From Eledone cirrhosa (taxonomy: Eukaryota): 64,000 bases of DNA. The stretch lies in NCBI GenBank assembly GCA_964016885.1, contig OZ024740.1:199268001-199332000 (forward strand), in the 5' to 3' direction. The notes under the pieces are model-generated. The model did not search any database. It was not told the DNA's origin and saw only the letters and a program-made list of their open reading frames with translations. The translations under genes were made by a program, and so were the position numbers. This document shows, piece by piece, positions 42,371 to 56,581 of the stretch (position 1 is its first letter; every line of letters starts with the position of its first letter).

Positions 42371-45300
42371 TATTAGTAATACTATAATTGTAGTTTTACC
42401 TCCAGTTCAGTGGAGAGAGAGACCAATATTTGTCGACTATTATGGTTTGTTATATTTATACCTAGATATATATATAAAAAATAAATAAATGCAAATCTAA
42501 CTTTCTGAGTCTCCAAAACATACTCAAAAATAGTAAAATATGCAAGCGCATGAATGATCCACTGTTCAATTATAATCGGTAAATTTACAAGTTAAATATC
42601 TAAATTATACATTTAAAATAGAAACAGATAAATAAAGATCCGAATCAAAATTATAAATATCTAAAAAAAAACTAAGGTGTGCATATTTATCAAGTAAACA
42701 AGTTATCAAAAGAGGATCCTTCATTCTAACACTAATTCTATCACAAATGATTAGAAGATAAAGCATTATTAAAGTTTTATAAACCGTTATGACTTTTTAG
42801 GCCCAAAGTGGTACCAAAATATTTCATTTCCTTGAATTACCCTTAACTTAAACTCTGGTTTTTATTACCCTTTCGATAAGCCAAATGAAAACTTAAATTA
42901 CGTTAGTTATTACTCTAATCACTCTAAATCTGTGAAAAACACAATTGTAAATAGTGTACAGAAACGCATAACTAGAATAACTGCCAATAAATACATATTT
43001 GATGAAAAAGCAGGATATTACAATGGTGCGCTAAGAAAGGCAGGTTATAAAAATAATATAGAATATATAGACAATAATAAACGTTGTCTTAACCTGATAA
43101 AAATTATGGCATATATAAACGAAATTCTAAAAATTCTAATAACTATAATTCAAACACTTGTACTGTGAGTAAATCGGGGAAAAAGACCAGAACTAAATCA
43201 GTTATATGGTTTGCCCCCCTCCCCTGCTTCTGTAGCAGTAAGAACACCAATAGCTAATCTATTTTTTAAAGCTTTAGAGAGTTCCTTCCCTAGTTAACAT
43301 AAATACCACTCCATATTTAATAGACACACAATTAAACTTTCTTATTCTACATCTATGAATATGGCCCAAAACATCGCTAAACTAAATAGTATTATTCTAA
43401 ACCAAAATCAACATAATGCTATTAATAATAGTATTAATATAAATAATAATTATTTCTACTTTAGGTACAAGGCCAGCAATTCCTCAGGGCATTACTGGTA
43501 CTTTATTTTATCGACCCCGTAAGGATGAAAGGCAAAGTTAAATCGAAATGTAATTGTAGAAATAAACCGGATTGCCCTCTGCCAAATAATTGTTTGGATA
43601 GAAATCTGGTGTATAAATGCACCGTAAAAACAAATAACAACACATACAACTATCGGGGCAACTTCTTCGTCATTTAAATCGAGATTTGCGAATCACAAAT
43701 GCTCATTTTCGAATTTTAATAGGAAGTCTTCGACTTCTTTATCACAACTTTTATGGTCATTAAAAGACAAAAAATTAAAATATTCGATATTTTGGACGAA
43801 GCTTTGTAATAGTAAAATATATACGAACTCGTCTATATCAACAACTGCAACCTCTGCACAAAGGAAACTCTTTTACTAATTACTAATTATGAAAACTTAA
43901 TTAACAAAAAAAGTGAATTATCTCAAACTGCCTTCATAAAGCTTTGTCTACATTCCAAGTCTCGCAAAAAGGCAGGAAAAAACACTAAACAATCAGGCCT
44001 TAATTTTTGACGTCTCTTATCAACTGTTGGGCCTCAAAAGTCATAACGGTTTATAGAACTTTAATAATGCTTTATCTTCTAATCATTTGTGATAGAATTA
44101 ATGTTAGAATGAAGGATCCTCTTTTGATAACTTGTTTACTTGCTAAATATGCACACCTTAGGTTTTTTTTAGATATTTATAATTTTGATTCGGATCTGTA
44201 TTTATCTGTTTCTATTTTAAATGTATAATTTGGATATTAACTTGTAAATTTACCGATTATAATTGAACTGTGTATCATTCATGCGTTTGCATATTTTACT
44301 CTTTTTGAGTATGTTTTGGAGATTCAGAGAGTTAGATTTGCATTTATTTATTTTTATATATATATATCTAGGTATAAATATAACAAAACATAATAGTCCA
44401 CAAATATTGGTCTCTCTCTCCACTGAACTGGAGGTAAAACTACAATTATAGTATTACTAATATATTACAATTAGTACAATATAGTATTACTAATAGATTA
44501 CAATTATAGTACAATATAGTATTACTAATATATTATAATTATAGTACAATATAGTATTACTAATATATTACAATTAGTACAATATAGTATTACTAATAAT
44601 GATTATAATTATTTATTAATTAAATGTATACCGTTTCATTAATACCTATAATAATATTTCTATATAGTTGTACAAACATGTTTATCTAGTGTAATAACAT
44701 ACTCGTACTTACATTTATAAATAATTTAGATACTCAAATGACTCTATATTGTTATAAGTGTTTGGTATTCCCTGGAAGTTCGAATTTATATGATGATTTT
44801 TACTTAATTGAATATAATTTAATTTATTTTATTTTAATTAAATTTAGATTACCTTCGGCTTTTTCAAATATTTAGCTCCTCTTTCTATCACATTCGCTAA
44901 AATATTTTAGACGTATCTTTTGCCTACTATTTATTAAAATCCTATTACATATATAATATATTTTTAATATTGGGAATTTTTAAGTTTCATAATCAATTCA
45001 TTATTTTTAATTTTTATATTTATTTTGTATCTAGCCCCTATAATTAGGACGTATGGAGTTTTGACTTATATGTTTATAGTATATATCAACTAAATGAAAA
45101 TAATTGATATAAAACATTAATTTTTTAACAATATTTTTTAACAATATATTCTAACTCTTTTACTCTTTTACTCTTTTACCTGTTTCAGCTATCCGGCTGA
45201 GGCCATATATATATTTTTTAACAATATTTTCAGTAATTTATTTACTATATAATATTATTGTATTATATTATATATATTTGAAAGGGATTACCTTAAGCCT

Positions 45301-46104
45301 TTAGACATTACAATCCCTGTATATTCTTTGATTAACACATATATATAATTAAAAATTCAGATTTCTTTCAGTTTAGTTATAAGGCCGGTTGATCCTTTAG
45401 GCACTCAAACTATTTAATCATAAATTATTTAATAATTATAACTATAATTGTTTTATAAATTATATAAACTGTTGTCAATATTATAAATGATTTTGGTTAA
45501 GATTACCTTCGTGGGGGTATAAAAGCATGATATATTTTCTTTCTCGTGTTTCGTAAATCCTTTAAATTTGTTTTCAAAAAAATTTGAATTTTAGAAATTA
45601 AACTTGATAGTATAATATAATATTAATACAAATACCTATTAGCTTTTAAAACCTAAAATATTACTCATTATTCTGAAATAACTTAGATTGAATATTTTGA
45701 ATAGTAACGGTCAACTAAATAAATTTGGATATATATTGCATATATGGAAAATTGTCTATGAACTTGAACATAAATTACTCCCCTTTGTCTCTCTCTCTCT
45801 CTTTAATCATCTTTCATCTGTTTTTCGAGCCACCTACTAAATACATTATCACATCAGCTGTTTCTTCCTCTATGCTTTCCTTTCTTTCCTCTTTCTTCAG
45901 TAGTTTAAAAAAAAGTGTTTAACTGTTATATTGATGCCATGTATATTTTAAGCTGTATTACACGCACCCTCTCTATTGTTTGTATTATATATTTTTCTCA
46001 TGTTCTTAATATTAGGGTATACATATTGAGTTTTGTCATATGTTAATCACTACCATGACTGAATCTTAACCATCTACTATGTCAGGATATGTCAGGCATC
46101 ATTT

Positions 46105-46171
46105 TATTTTATCTGATGAGGAACTACTGTTGAACTTAACTCAGTACCTCTGAAATATGTATAATAAAATA
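46105..46171 (+). ncRNA. Type I hammerhead ribozyme (family D)
   Basis: TATTTTAT-CTGATGA-GGA..TACTG..CAGTA..TCT-GAAA-TATGTA-TA-ATAAAATA. Copies: 56724-56790(+); 35747-35806(+) and ~40673-40739(-), both with CTGATAA. Confidence 0.8.
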
Positions 46172-46227
46172 TAATTGATCACAAGAATAATTATTTTGTT
46201 AATATTTTTAATTAATATTATATATAT

Positions 46228-46289
<62 letters not shown>

Positions 46290-46511
46290 ACATATTTATA
46301 CACACACACATATATATATATATAGACAGAGAGAGAGAGAGTGAGAGAGAGACAGAGAGAGAGTACCTCAAAGAAGAGAGAATACTGTGTTGCATGTGGA
46401 TATCATATTAATCAAATGCAAGGAAACGAGTGACCAATGAAACACGAAGAGACAAGACAGTACTATAACGGATGGAATAAACTGCAGAACGTGACAGATA
46501 GGCATACACAT

Positions 46512-46580
<69 letters not shown>

Positions 46581-46636
46581 CTCACACACACAAACACACA
46601 CACACACATATAAACATGTATATATATATATGTATA

Positions 46637-46679
<43 letters not shown>

Positions 46680-46680
<1 letters not shown>

Positions 46681-47929
46681 AGTATGTATACGTACATACA
46701 AATATGTATACAGAGGGTAAAGTAGTATGTATATATATATATATATACATACATGCACACACATATACATATATGTACGTATGGATTCACCGAACATTTA
46801 TTATAATGCTCGGCGTGTTTGTAAACAAACATCCCGTATTAAGCCGTAGTGTCTAGCAACCATCGTTGCTCGTTTGTTCAACACTGACAAAGGAACGCTG
46901 TACTAGTTTCAAGCGTATTAGCTATCGTCAGCAACGCATACCTACCTGCCAAATGGTTGAATGTCTGAAAGTATATACTTACCACATGCATATTAACGGC
47001 TGAGCAGCCTAAGTTGCATATCGAGTGAGTTAATCGGCCGGGGTACCGAAAACGATAAACGGAAAAAATGAAACGAAATTTCATTTCTCACTCATAGTAC
47101 GGCTGTTACTTAAATATAAGTATGTATACGTACATACATATATGTATACAGACGTACACTAGTATGTATATATATATACATACATGCAAACATCTGCCAG
47201 GAAGGTATACTTTGTTGACGATAGCTAATAAGCTTGAAACTAGTACAGCGTTCCTTTGTCAGTGTGGAACAAACGAGCAGCAATGGTTACTAGACACTAC
47301 GGCTTAATACGGGATGTTTGTTTACAAACTCACCGAGCATTATAATAAATGTTCTGTGAATACATACGTGCATGTATGTATATATATATATACATACTAC
47401 TGTCCGTCTGTATACATATATGTATGTACGTATACATACTTATATTTAAGTAACAGCCGTACTATGAGTGAGAAATGAAATTTCGTTTCTTTTTTTCCGT
47501 TTATCGTTTTCGGTACCCCGGCCGATTAACTCACTCGATATGCAAATTAGGCTACTCATCCGTTAATATGCATAACGTAAGTATATACTTTCAGACGTTC
47601 AACCATCTGGCAGGAAGGCATACGTTGCTAACAATAGCTAATAAGCTTGAAACTAGTACAGCGGTTTTTGTCAGTGTTGAACAAACGAGCAACGATGGTT
47701 GCTAGACACTACGGCTTAATACGGGATGTTTGCTTACAAACACATCGATCATTATTATAAATGTTCGGTGAATCCATACGTACTTATATATATATATATA
47801 TGTGCATGTATGTATATATACATACTACTGTACGTCTGTATACATATATGTATGTACGTATACATACTTACATTTAAGTAACAGCCGTACTATGAGTGAT
47901 AAATGAAAATTCGTTTCATTTTTTCCGTT

Positions 47930-47930
<1 letters not shown>
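46680..47930. mobile_element. Tandem/inverted array of a ~413-430-bp non-coding HHR-bearing unit (retrozyme-like, family F)
   Basis: About 1.1 units on the minus strand (46680-47188), then ~1.8 head-to-tail units on the plus strand (47190-47930). HHRs at 46896-46936(-), 47210-47250(+) and 47623-47663(+). Confidence 0.8.
46896..46936 (-). ncRNA. Minimal type I hammerhead ribozyme, canonical core (family F)
   Basis: CGTTG-CTGACGA-tAGC taatac GCTt-GAAA-CTAG-TA-CAGCG. Confidence 0.82.
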
Positions 47931-47962
<32 letters not shown>

Positions 47963-47980
47963 GTATATATATATATATGT

Positions 47981-48161
<181 letters not shown>

Positions 48162-48299
48162 CATATCTACATATATATATCATGGGTTCACTCATCAATC
48201 TCGACATATGTGTATCAAGCTTTGTCATTGGCGGATATCTCTCACTCACTTGACACTTAAATCCTGTCTCTCCTTGTGACTACGTTAATATATAACAAA

Positions 48300-49075
48300 G
48301 CAGTCGAAGCGGGTAATCAAGTTTGAGAAGTAAGGAAACAATGCTTAAGCTCCATAATTTCTTACTTGGTTTTAGTAGAACAACTATCATACATTTGTCA
48401 GCACAGTATAGATTGTCAGATAAAGAATTTTAGTAATATCCATTGAATATCCACTTTTCGCTTTTTTTTCCGTTAGTGAGCCTATTGCTGGTTGATGTTG
48501 TGTTGATTTGACTATTAAGCTGTTGGACTACCTTACTGGTGATTTGTTTACAGTTATGATACCTTGTGTAGGAGCAGCTTAATTTTTCACATCTTCTGAT
48601 AGCAGAGGGTAGGTGCTCATATCTACCATATGACCTCTTCTACAACAGCCCTAATATTTCATTGTCACAGGGGTTAAACTGTTTGCTATTGCATCACTTA
48701 AGACATTAACACGGTGTGTTGGAGGCCACCACAGAGAAATATTTTGTAGACTATTCTTATTGGATGGCCGTTGCCTGTCTTTAGTTCTTCCACTCTTTGA
48801 CGGGTTTATCCAAACACCATCCGCCGAACGAAGCGGGCTTGGTAGAGTTGCAGGCTGGGTCACTGACGACCCGATCATGAAACTTGGTGGTTTATATGCG
48901 GTAGGCAATTACCACTTACAGCCGTCAACTGAACAAATTATAAGATGGCTTTTTCATGAATACATAATCTATGTCTATGAGATATTACTATGTATCAATT
49001 TCATTGAGCTGGTTATACGTTTGATTTCTCTGAATATTTTAAGATGATTTAATATTGATCAAGTCGTTCATATTG
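48300..49075 (-). pseudogene. Very decayed PLE thumb/linker remnant
   Basis: NISLWWPPTHRVNV resembles the IIWFxPP linker motif and is followed by a KISCSYT-like motif, as in the 15030 and 43200 remnants. Confidence 0.4.
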
Positions 49076-50609
49076 CAGAAAATATTTTTGATGACATTAT
49101 TTTAGCTGAGGTTGACTTTGCCTTTCATCCTTACGGGGGTCGATAAAATAAAGTACCAGTAATGCACTGGTTAATTGCTGGCCTTGTGCCTAAAGTAGAA
49201 ACAATTATTTTAGCTGAATATGGTCTGAGTTCAAATCCCGCCGAGGTTAACTTTGCCTTTCATCCTTACGGGGTCGATAAAATGAAGTACCAGTAATGTA
49301 CTGGTTAATTGCTGGCCTTGTGCCAATTTAGCTGAATGCAGATTGATAATTGAGAGTTTGTAGTGATTTATTGTTGACATAGTATTCTTGCAGCACTCTA
49401 GAAGTATTTTTTGTAAACGCAAAATAATTAACATTTTAATTTGCGAAATGTGGGAATGTTCCGTTCATAAAGATAATAACATCCATCACATATATCAAAT
49501 ATCAAGCTGAAATATAGTTTAACAATGCTGATATGCACCCCACAATTCACTGCTCCTGACTAACAATCAGCACTTACACCCCAGCACTTACCCCTCTCAC
49601 ATCAATTACGTGTGAAATCGACTTGCAAATGAGATAAGCATAACTATTCCAATTAACGCTTACTAATATATACCACTAGTTTCTTCAATACAGGTTATGA
49701 AAAGATGGCAATAATTCCGACTTTAAACAATTATTTTATGAATTGATACTGACATTTCCGAAGCAGTTAAAAACTCTATTTCGGAGGTGTGATCAATCAA
49801 GTCAATAACTTTTAGATCAGGGCACACTTTCCCGCTTCCCACAGTTCATCGTATGCTATTCTCATTTCTCATCCGAATGTACTTAATTCCCGCGCAGGGG
49901 CAATAAGTAATGTTAATATACATATTCTTCTAACGTACTATATTTCACTATTCTCAGATGCGGTATTTCCTACATAGCAAAGGAAAATTACAGCTAAATA
50001 TCGCTGAACTGAAATGTCATATTTCATATTTACGTTCCATGAAAATATTTAAATGATAAATGGATTACGTGCGGGGCTACAATCCTCTTATTTAAGAGGA
50101 AAACTGAAAAGCCACAGAAGTATTCAAAAGGCGAGCACATATCTAGTGAAGTGCAGTGCATTGCAGTGAAGTTCAATGCAGTTCAGTGCAGAGGCAGTGT
50201 ACTCAGATGCTTAATAAATAAAAAAAAAAAACAGTCGGTGACGAGTGGGAGAGAGAGCGATATAGAAGGCGCGTCTTAAACTGGAAAAATGACAGAATGT
50301 GAGACTCATGCACAGTGAGAATGTCTGTGATATGCCTAATAATAAACAAATGATCAAATGACCGTCATTTTGTGAACCAAGAAAATGGGAATGCGTGTAC
50401 ATGTATGTGGTTTAATAACTTTCTTCTTGCGTATCTCTCTCACACAGTGTTGAGAAACATATTCACACATATCACGAGAGAAAGCAAGCCATATATGTAT
50501 ATATGTGTGAATATGGGCATTTGTGTATGTGTGTGCGTGCTCCCGTGTGTGTATGCGTAAATTCGAGTGTGCTTTCATATTCTATAGATGGTTAGAAGTA
50601 TAAAAATTG

Positions 50610-50641
<32 letters not shown>

Positions 50642-50910
50642 CTGCTCTGTAAAACAACTGATGTTACTACATTGAGCTATTTATCTTACCGGTAATAGGA
50701 TAGTAATTAATGACTATCTTTCACTATTTAAGGTTTGTATAAATAATATATTACCATTAAAGGTTTTATTTCATACATAACCATAAATAGTATCCTTAAT
50801 ACTATATATATATATATATACGATTAAATCTGTATCTATCATTTGACAAGAGTATTCCTAATATTAGCATGAGAGCAGGAATCAGATTAGCAGTCACAAT
50901 ATATATACAC

Positions 50911-50955
<45 letters not shown>

Positions 50956-50999
50956 AAAAGAAAATCCATAATACAATTCTTCAATTATTATAACCATAA

Positions 51000-52847
51000 G
51001 TTAGAAATAGAGAATATAGAGAATAACTATAAAATCGTTAACTTTTAGACGTAACATTAAACCTTAGCACAGGGCTCGACTATCCATTCCATAAAATTAA
51101 TGAGAATCTAAATTACGTACGTTTTAACTCTAATCATCCTAGGTCTATTAAGAACACTATTGTCAATAGTGTCCAACAACGAAGCTCACGCATCTCTGCA
51201 AATAAAAATGTTTTTGATGATAAGGCCGAATATTATAATGAAGCTTTAAATAGAGCCGGGTATATAAATAATATTAAATACATTAACAACAATAATAAGA
51301 CATACCACCCTACTATTAATTTAATAAAAATAAACAATTTAACTTAAACTCTAAAACTAACAAAAGAACTAGAAATATTAAACATTAAAACACCTTTAGC
51401 AAAGCTATTCTTTAAAGCACTAGCCAAATGTTTTCCCTAGCCCACAGATACCACTCAATCTTTAACAGACATACTATAACACCATCCTACTCTACTCTTG
51501 AACATAGCTCAAAATATAAATAGAATCAATAATAGACTCTTAAATTTAAACCCTAACCAAAATAACCAAAATAGCAATAATAATATTTCTAGCAATATCC
51601 AACCTACTAGTACCGTTCCAAGCAACAACAACTCCGTAAAATGTAACTGTAGAATGAAATCAAACTGTCATTTACAAAATAAGTGTTTAGATAAAAACGT
51701 AGTCTATAAATGCACAGTTAAAACTAGTGAAAATATATTTAACTATGTCGTTTCTACTTCTACTGAATTTAAACGTCGCTGGAATAACCACAATCATTAT
51801 TTTAGAAGATCTGATAACAAATCTTCTACCTCCCTTTCAGCCCTTATATGGAACGTAAAAAGCAACATAACAATTTCGAAAGCACCTGCATACCGAAACA
51901 CAGCTTTATCAAGATTCTGTAAATTGTGTATTGAAGAAATTTTTATATAATTAACTGTCAAAACTCTATTCATTCCAGAACAGAATTATTCAATTCTTGT
52001 AGACATCGCCTGATTTCGACATTTAGAACTATATATAACTTATAATTATAATATTCTTATAATATTCCTATTAATCTCCAAAACAATCCTATCTTCTTTA
52101 ACAAGGTCATTATTGGCAGTATCGGTAGAGGGTCGGACGCCATGCTTTCCAGCATAGTTACGGCCCTTTACGATCTGAGTTCAAATCCCGCCGAGGTTGA
52201 CTTTGCCTTTCATCCTTACGGGGTCGGTAAAATAAAGTACCAGTAATGCACTGTGTAATTTACTGGCCTTGTGCCAAAAAGTAGAAATAATTATTTAATT
52301 TTTATTTTTTATTTTTATTTTTTTTATTTTAAATTTTTAAATGTTTTATTTTTTCAAAATTATTTCAATAAATTGGTTATCTCCCTTTTTCATAAGGGTT
52401 GTCAATAAAGTTTGCTACCGATGATTTTGATATCGATTTTTTATTGCTCAAGGTGGGTCGATTTCAAAAATGTTTGTGATATGAGAATCTTAGCGACGTC
52501 TGCAGCGTGCACAGAATATTTGGTCAAATTCAGTTGGTAATGCTAAAAGCATTAACTATGCAAAGTTGTACACAGACACACACACACCCTCGCTTTTATA
52601 TATATATAAAGACTAGAACAACGACCTAAAACATGAACTACCTATTTATTTATTTATTCATTTATTTATCTACTTATCTACTTAAAACAGAACAAAAACA
52701 TCCCTCATAACTCATATTCTAAACAAATTATAAACAACTATTATTAACAACTAATAATTATAAATTATCCTTTTAAATATAAATACACATACTATTAAAA
52801 TATATACAATATAATAAGATAATTACTTACATATACATATACACACT

Positions 52848-52886
<39 letters not shown>

Positions 52887-52892
52887 GTATAT

Positions 52893-52966
<74 letters not shown>

Positions 52967-53373
52967 ATTTATATATATATGTATATATATACATAGATAA
53001 TTATTCGAATACATTTCCGCCAAATTAATGTTACATGAGGTCTTCATTTTTCCTTTTCTTTTTTCCTTCTCTCTCAGTTACTATTATATATCTAAACTCT
53101 CCATAGGGTTTAAATTAACGGCGTTTCAATTTTTTACATATTCATTTGCACATTCAGCCATACGTTTTGAAAAATCCATTCTATATTCTCACTTTCCAGG
53201 GAATATTTAACTGATAAGGTATATATTTCCTGCGTATGTCTCTATTTATAAAACAAACTTTGTATTTTATCTGATGAAAGCGTACCAAATTTTTATTTGG
53301 TACCCTTGAAATATATATAATAGAATAAATATGGTTTTATAAATATAGTTTCCATTTATTTAATATCATTGTA
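51000..53373 (+). mobile_element. PLE remnant (probable Naiad type) with 3' UTR and HHR
   Basis: SNHPRSIKNTIVNSVQQR; CNCRMKSNCHLQNKCL..VVYKC...FKRRWNNH...SLSALIW...CKLCIEE. Close relative of 14905-16857. A SINE (52113-52292) and a Helitron-like end (~52380-52612) are nested in it. Confidence 0.85.
53263..53327 (+). ncRNA. Type I hammerhead ribozyme
   Basis: TATTTTAT-CTGATGA-AAGcgTACCAAAT tttt ATTTGGTAccCTT-GAAA-TATATA-TA-ATAGAATA. Confidence 0.82.
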
Positions 53374-53382
53374 TATATATAT

Positions 53383-53753
53383 AAAAACGGAAGAAATGAA
53401 ACCAAATTTCATTTCTCACTCTTAGTACGGCTGTTACTTAAATATAAGTGTGTATACGTACATATATGTATACAGACGTACAGTAGTATGTATATATATA
53501 TACTTACATGCACACACATATATATGTACGTATGGATTCACCCAACATTTATTATAATGCTCGGTGGGTTTGTAAAACAACATCCCGAATTTAGCCGTAC
53601 AGTGTCTAGCATCCATCACTGCTCTTTTGATCAACACTGACAAAGGAACACTGTACTAGTTTCAAGCTTATGAGCTATCATCAGCAACGTATACCTTCCT
53701 GCCAGATGATTCAACGTCTGAAAGTATATACTTTCCTTATGCATATTAACGGC

Positions 53754-53755
<2 letters not shown>
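53383..53755 (-). mobile_element. Sub-monomer copy of family F with intact HHR (53649-53689)
   Basis: CGTTG-CTGATGA-tAGC tcataa GCTt-GAAA-CTAG-TA-CAGTG; same 3' end (TTCCGTTT + (TA)n) as at 47930. Confidence 0.8.
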
Positions 53756-53789
<34 letters not shown>

Positions 53790-53797
53790 AATATAAG

Positions 53798-53840
<43 letters not shown>

Positions 53841-53858
53841 CCACACACCAACACACAG

Positions 53859-53906
<48 letters not shown>

Positions 53907-53952
53907 GTATAAGAGGGTGTTAAAGTTTGCTTGAAGCATTGTGGCTTTCTAA

Positions 53953-54007
<55 letters not shown>

Positions 54008-54038
54008 ATATACATATTTATATATACATAGTTATATT

Positions 54039-54080
<42 letters not shown>

Positions 54081-54112
54081 TATATAAATATATATATATA
54101 TATATACATATG

Positions 54113-54207
<95 letters not shown>

Positions 54208-54406
54208 TAAAATGGTGTAGTTTGTTTGAAGCTCTGTAAACGATGTATAATGTGGAAACAAATAGCAGGCTAAACGATGCAAAATAGAGTGTGAGATGAG
54301 ATAACCTAAAGGTAAGTTACCTGGTAATGTTTGTCTTGTTTATTTTTTTTGTTCTTTCTGCTGTCCTAATATTTCGGGACCTAAAATTCCTTTCATCAGA
54401 GTTTAA

Positions 54407-54454
<48 letters not shown>

Positions 54455-54509
54455 TCTCGGCCGGAGCTCACCCATCGGTGTGCTGGCTATTTTCCTATAT
54501 ATATATATG

Positions 54510-54806
54510 TGTGAATGATGTAATTCCGTCGGAAAATTACAGGAAAAAAGAGTGCTCTATGTAGGCTACAGAGCTTCTTAGTTATGTAATAAACCACATA
54601 AGATAATTATTTCAATTACCACTGGTTTCTTGAAAGCATATATTTTATCTGTTTTCTGTCGTCAGAATGAATAAAAAACATGGTGTTTTTAATACCATGT
54701 TTTTTATTAATTTTATTCATTCTGACGTCAGAAAACATATAAAATATCTGCTTTCAAGAAACCAGTGGTAATTGAAATAATTATCTTATGTTGTTTATTA
54801 CATAAC

Positions 54807-54810
<4 letters not shown>
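54510..54810. mobile_element. Fold-back pLTR-like element with opposed HHRs
   Basis: Arms ~54578-54675 and ~54712-54810. Minus-strand HHR at 54611-54671: TTCATT-CTGACGA-..GAAAAC..GCTTTC..-GAAA-CCA g TGG-TA-ATTGAA. Relatives are at 3768-3925, 16990-17075 and 61430-61505. Confidence 0.7.
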
Positions 54811-54874
<64 letters not shown>

Positions 54875-55024
54875 GGAAAATAGCCAGGACTCCGACGGCT
54901 GAGCTCCGGCCGATTCGACAGCTAGATCCGAAATGTTCGGATCTAGCTGCCGAAACGACCAGAGCTCAGCCGCCGGGGTCCTGACTCCTTTCCCATTACC
55001 CAGTCTATTACCTTAAGTATAAAC

Positions 55025-55450
55025 GGCAGATTGTTTTTGTTGTGTGTGTGCATGTTCCATGTTTATACATTTTCACAATTTCAAACCGATTCGACTCAAA
55101 AATCTGTAAAAATGTTGTAAACTTAGGTCAACGACTATTTATTTCATTCAAACTCACCCACAACTACGGAAATAATCGATAAAACTAAATACATGACGCT
55201 TTATCCCTCTAATACAATCAGATTACCTCTCTCTACTCACCTTCAGCAGAGAAAGTTGCAGTATGTATGTAGTTTTATCGAACCTTGAGGGGAGTAATTG
55301 TGGGTGAGTTTGAATGAAATAAATAGTCGTTGATTTAAATCCAACCTTTTACAACATTTTTTCAGACGTTGAGTCGAAACGGATTGAAATTGTGCAAATG
55401 TATAAACATGGAACATGCAGACACACACTCACAACAACAATAATCTGCTT
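55025..55450. repeat. Diverged ~170-bp inverted repeat
   Basis: ~55027-55190 is the reverse complement of ~55265-55450. Confidence 0.75.
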
Positions 55451-55488
55451 TTTATAGATAATGATGATCATTAAACTTACAAACTTTA

Positions 55489-55526
<38 letters not shown>

Positions 55527-56185
55527 GGGGGGGGCGAGTTAGAGAGAGAGAGAACGTTTGTTTTTGAGTGTGGAACGGTCAAACATTTATTTACTTCAAT
55601 GACAAAGAGAACTTATTACATTTCATACAAAACAACAATTATTCAAAAGCAACATATACATTTTAGCGATACATCTTTTTTAAAACATCGATCAACGAAC
55701 GTGGAAGAAAAAAGTATCGGTTCATTTACTATACACAATAATATCCTCTATGTGGTCACTAAACCTGCTAGAAACAGCAGCTAACTCTCCCCCATATCAC
55801 ACAACTCCCTCCTGTCTTAAATTTACAAAGTATATCCTGTATGAGATCATTAAACTTGCTAGAAACAGCAGCTAACTCTCCCCCATATCACACCCCTCCC
55901 TACTGTCTTAAATTTAGAAAACACACATTAGACAACCATGCAGAACAACTCCGTCGCAGCTCTGTTGTTCGGCTGGCATCGTCTAGCGCGTGTTGCGCCA
56001 GTAATGTGACACAATAAATTTCAACACTTCTTTCCACAGAGATAATATCCATAGGCAAAACTAAAATTGTCACTGCTGGCGTAGCTCCTGCTTCGGCAAT
56101 CCATGTCTGCAATTCATTTACCCACTACCTGGCAGACAAAAAAGTGCTTCCAAATGGGTGGCGCAACCTAACTTTGGTAACTTAC

Positions 56186-56217
56186 TGACCCCGAGCAACG
56201 TCGGGCTTTAATGCTAG
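56186..56217 (+). mobile_element. Helitron-like 3' terminus (hairpin + CTAG)
   Basis: CCCGAgcaacgTCGGG ctttaatg CTAG-T(ATA)n; same motif as 3700-3729. Confidence 0.55.
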
Positions 56218-56397
<180 letters not shown>

Positions 56398-56581
56398 AGG
56401 TGAGTTTATTGTAGCACCATAAAGCAATGCAAATATCGGATAAGTAGCACTTAACAGTGTATTGGACTGGAGTATATATAAGAAGGAATTAAAAGATGGT
56501 TAAAAAAGTTCCATGTATTTTATTATGCGCATTTCAACTTTTTCAACCATCTTTTAATTCCTTCTTATATATATATATATA

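Larger units (their letters stand above)
40545..46220 (+). mobile_element. PLE remnant (probable Naiad type) enclosed in ~2.2-kb inverted repeats (family D)
   Basis: Left arm ~40605-42805 is the reverse complement of right arm ~44028-46220. The spacer encodes a decayed thumb/linker/GIY-YIG (SNHSKSVKNTIVNSVQKRI; CNCRNKPDCPLPNNCL). There is an HHR near each outer end. Confidence 0.88.

Noticed and set aside
44447-44600. Repeat-spacer-like array suggestive of CRISPR
   Set aside because: The spacers are themselves repeats, the context is eukaryotic, and there are no cas genes; it is a minisatellite.
50145-50200. Degenerate AGTGC pentamer run
   Set aside because: Short simple repeat with no further supporting structure.
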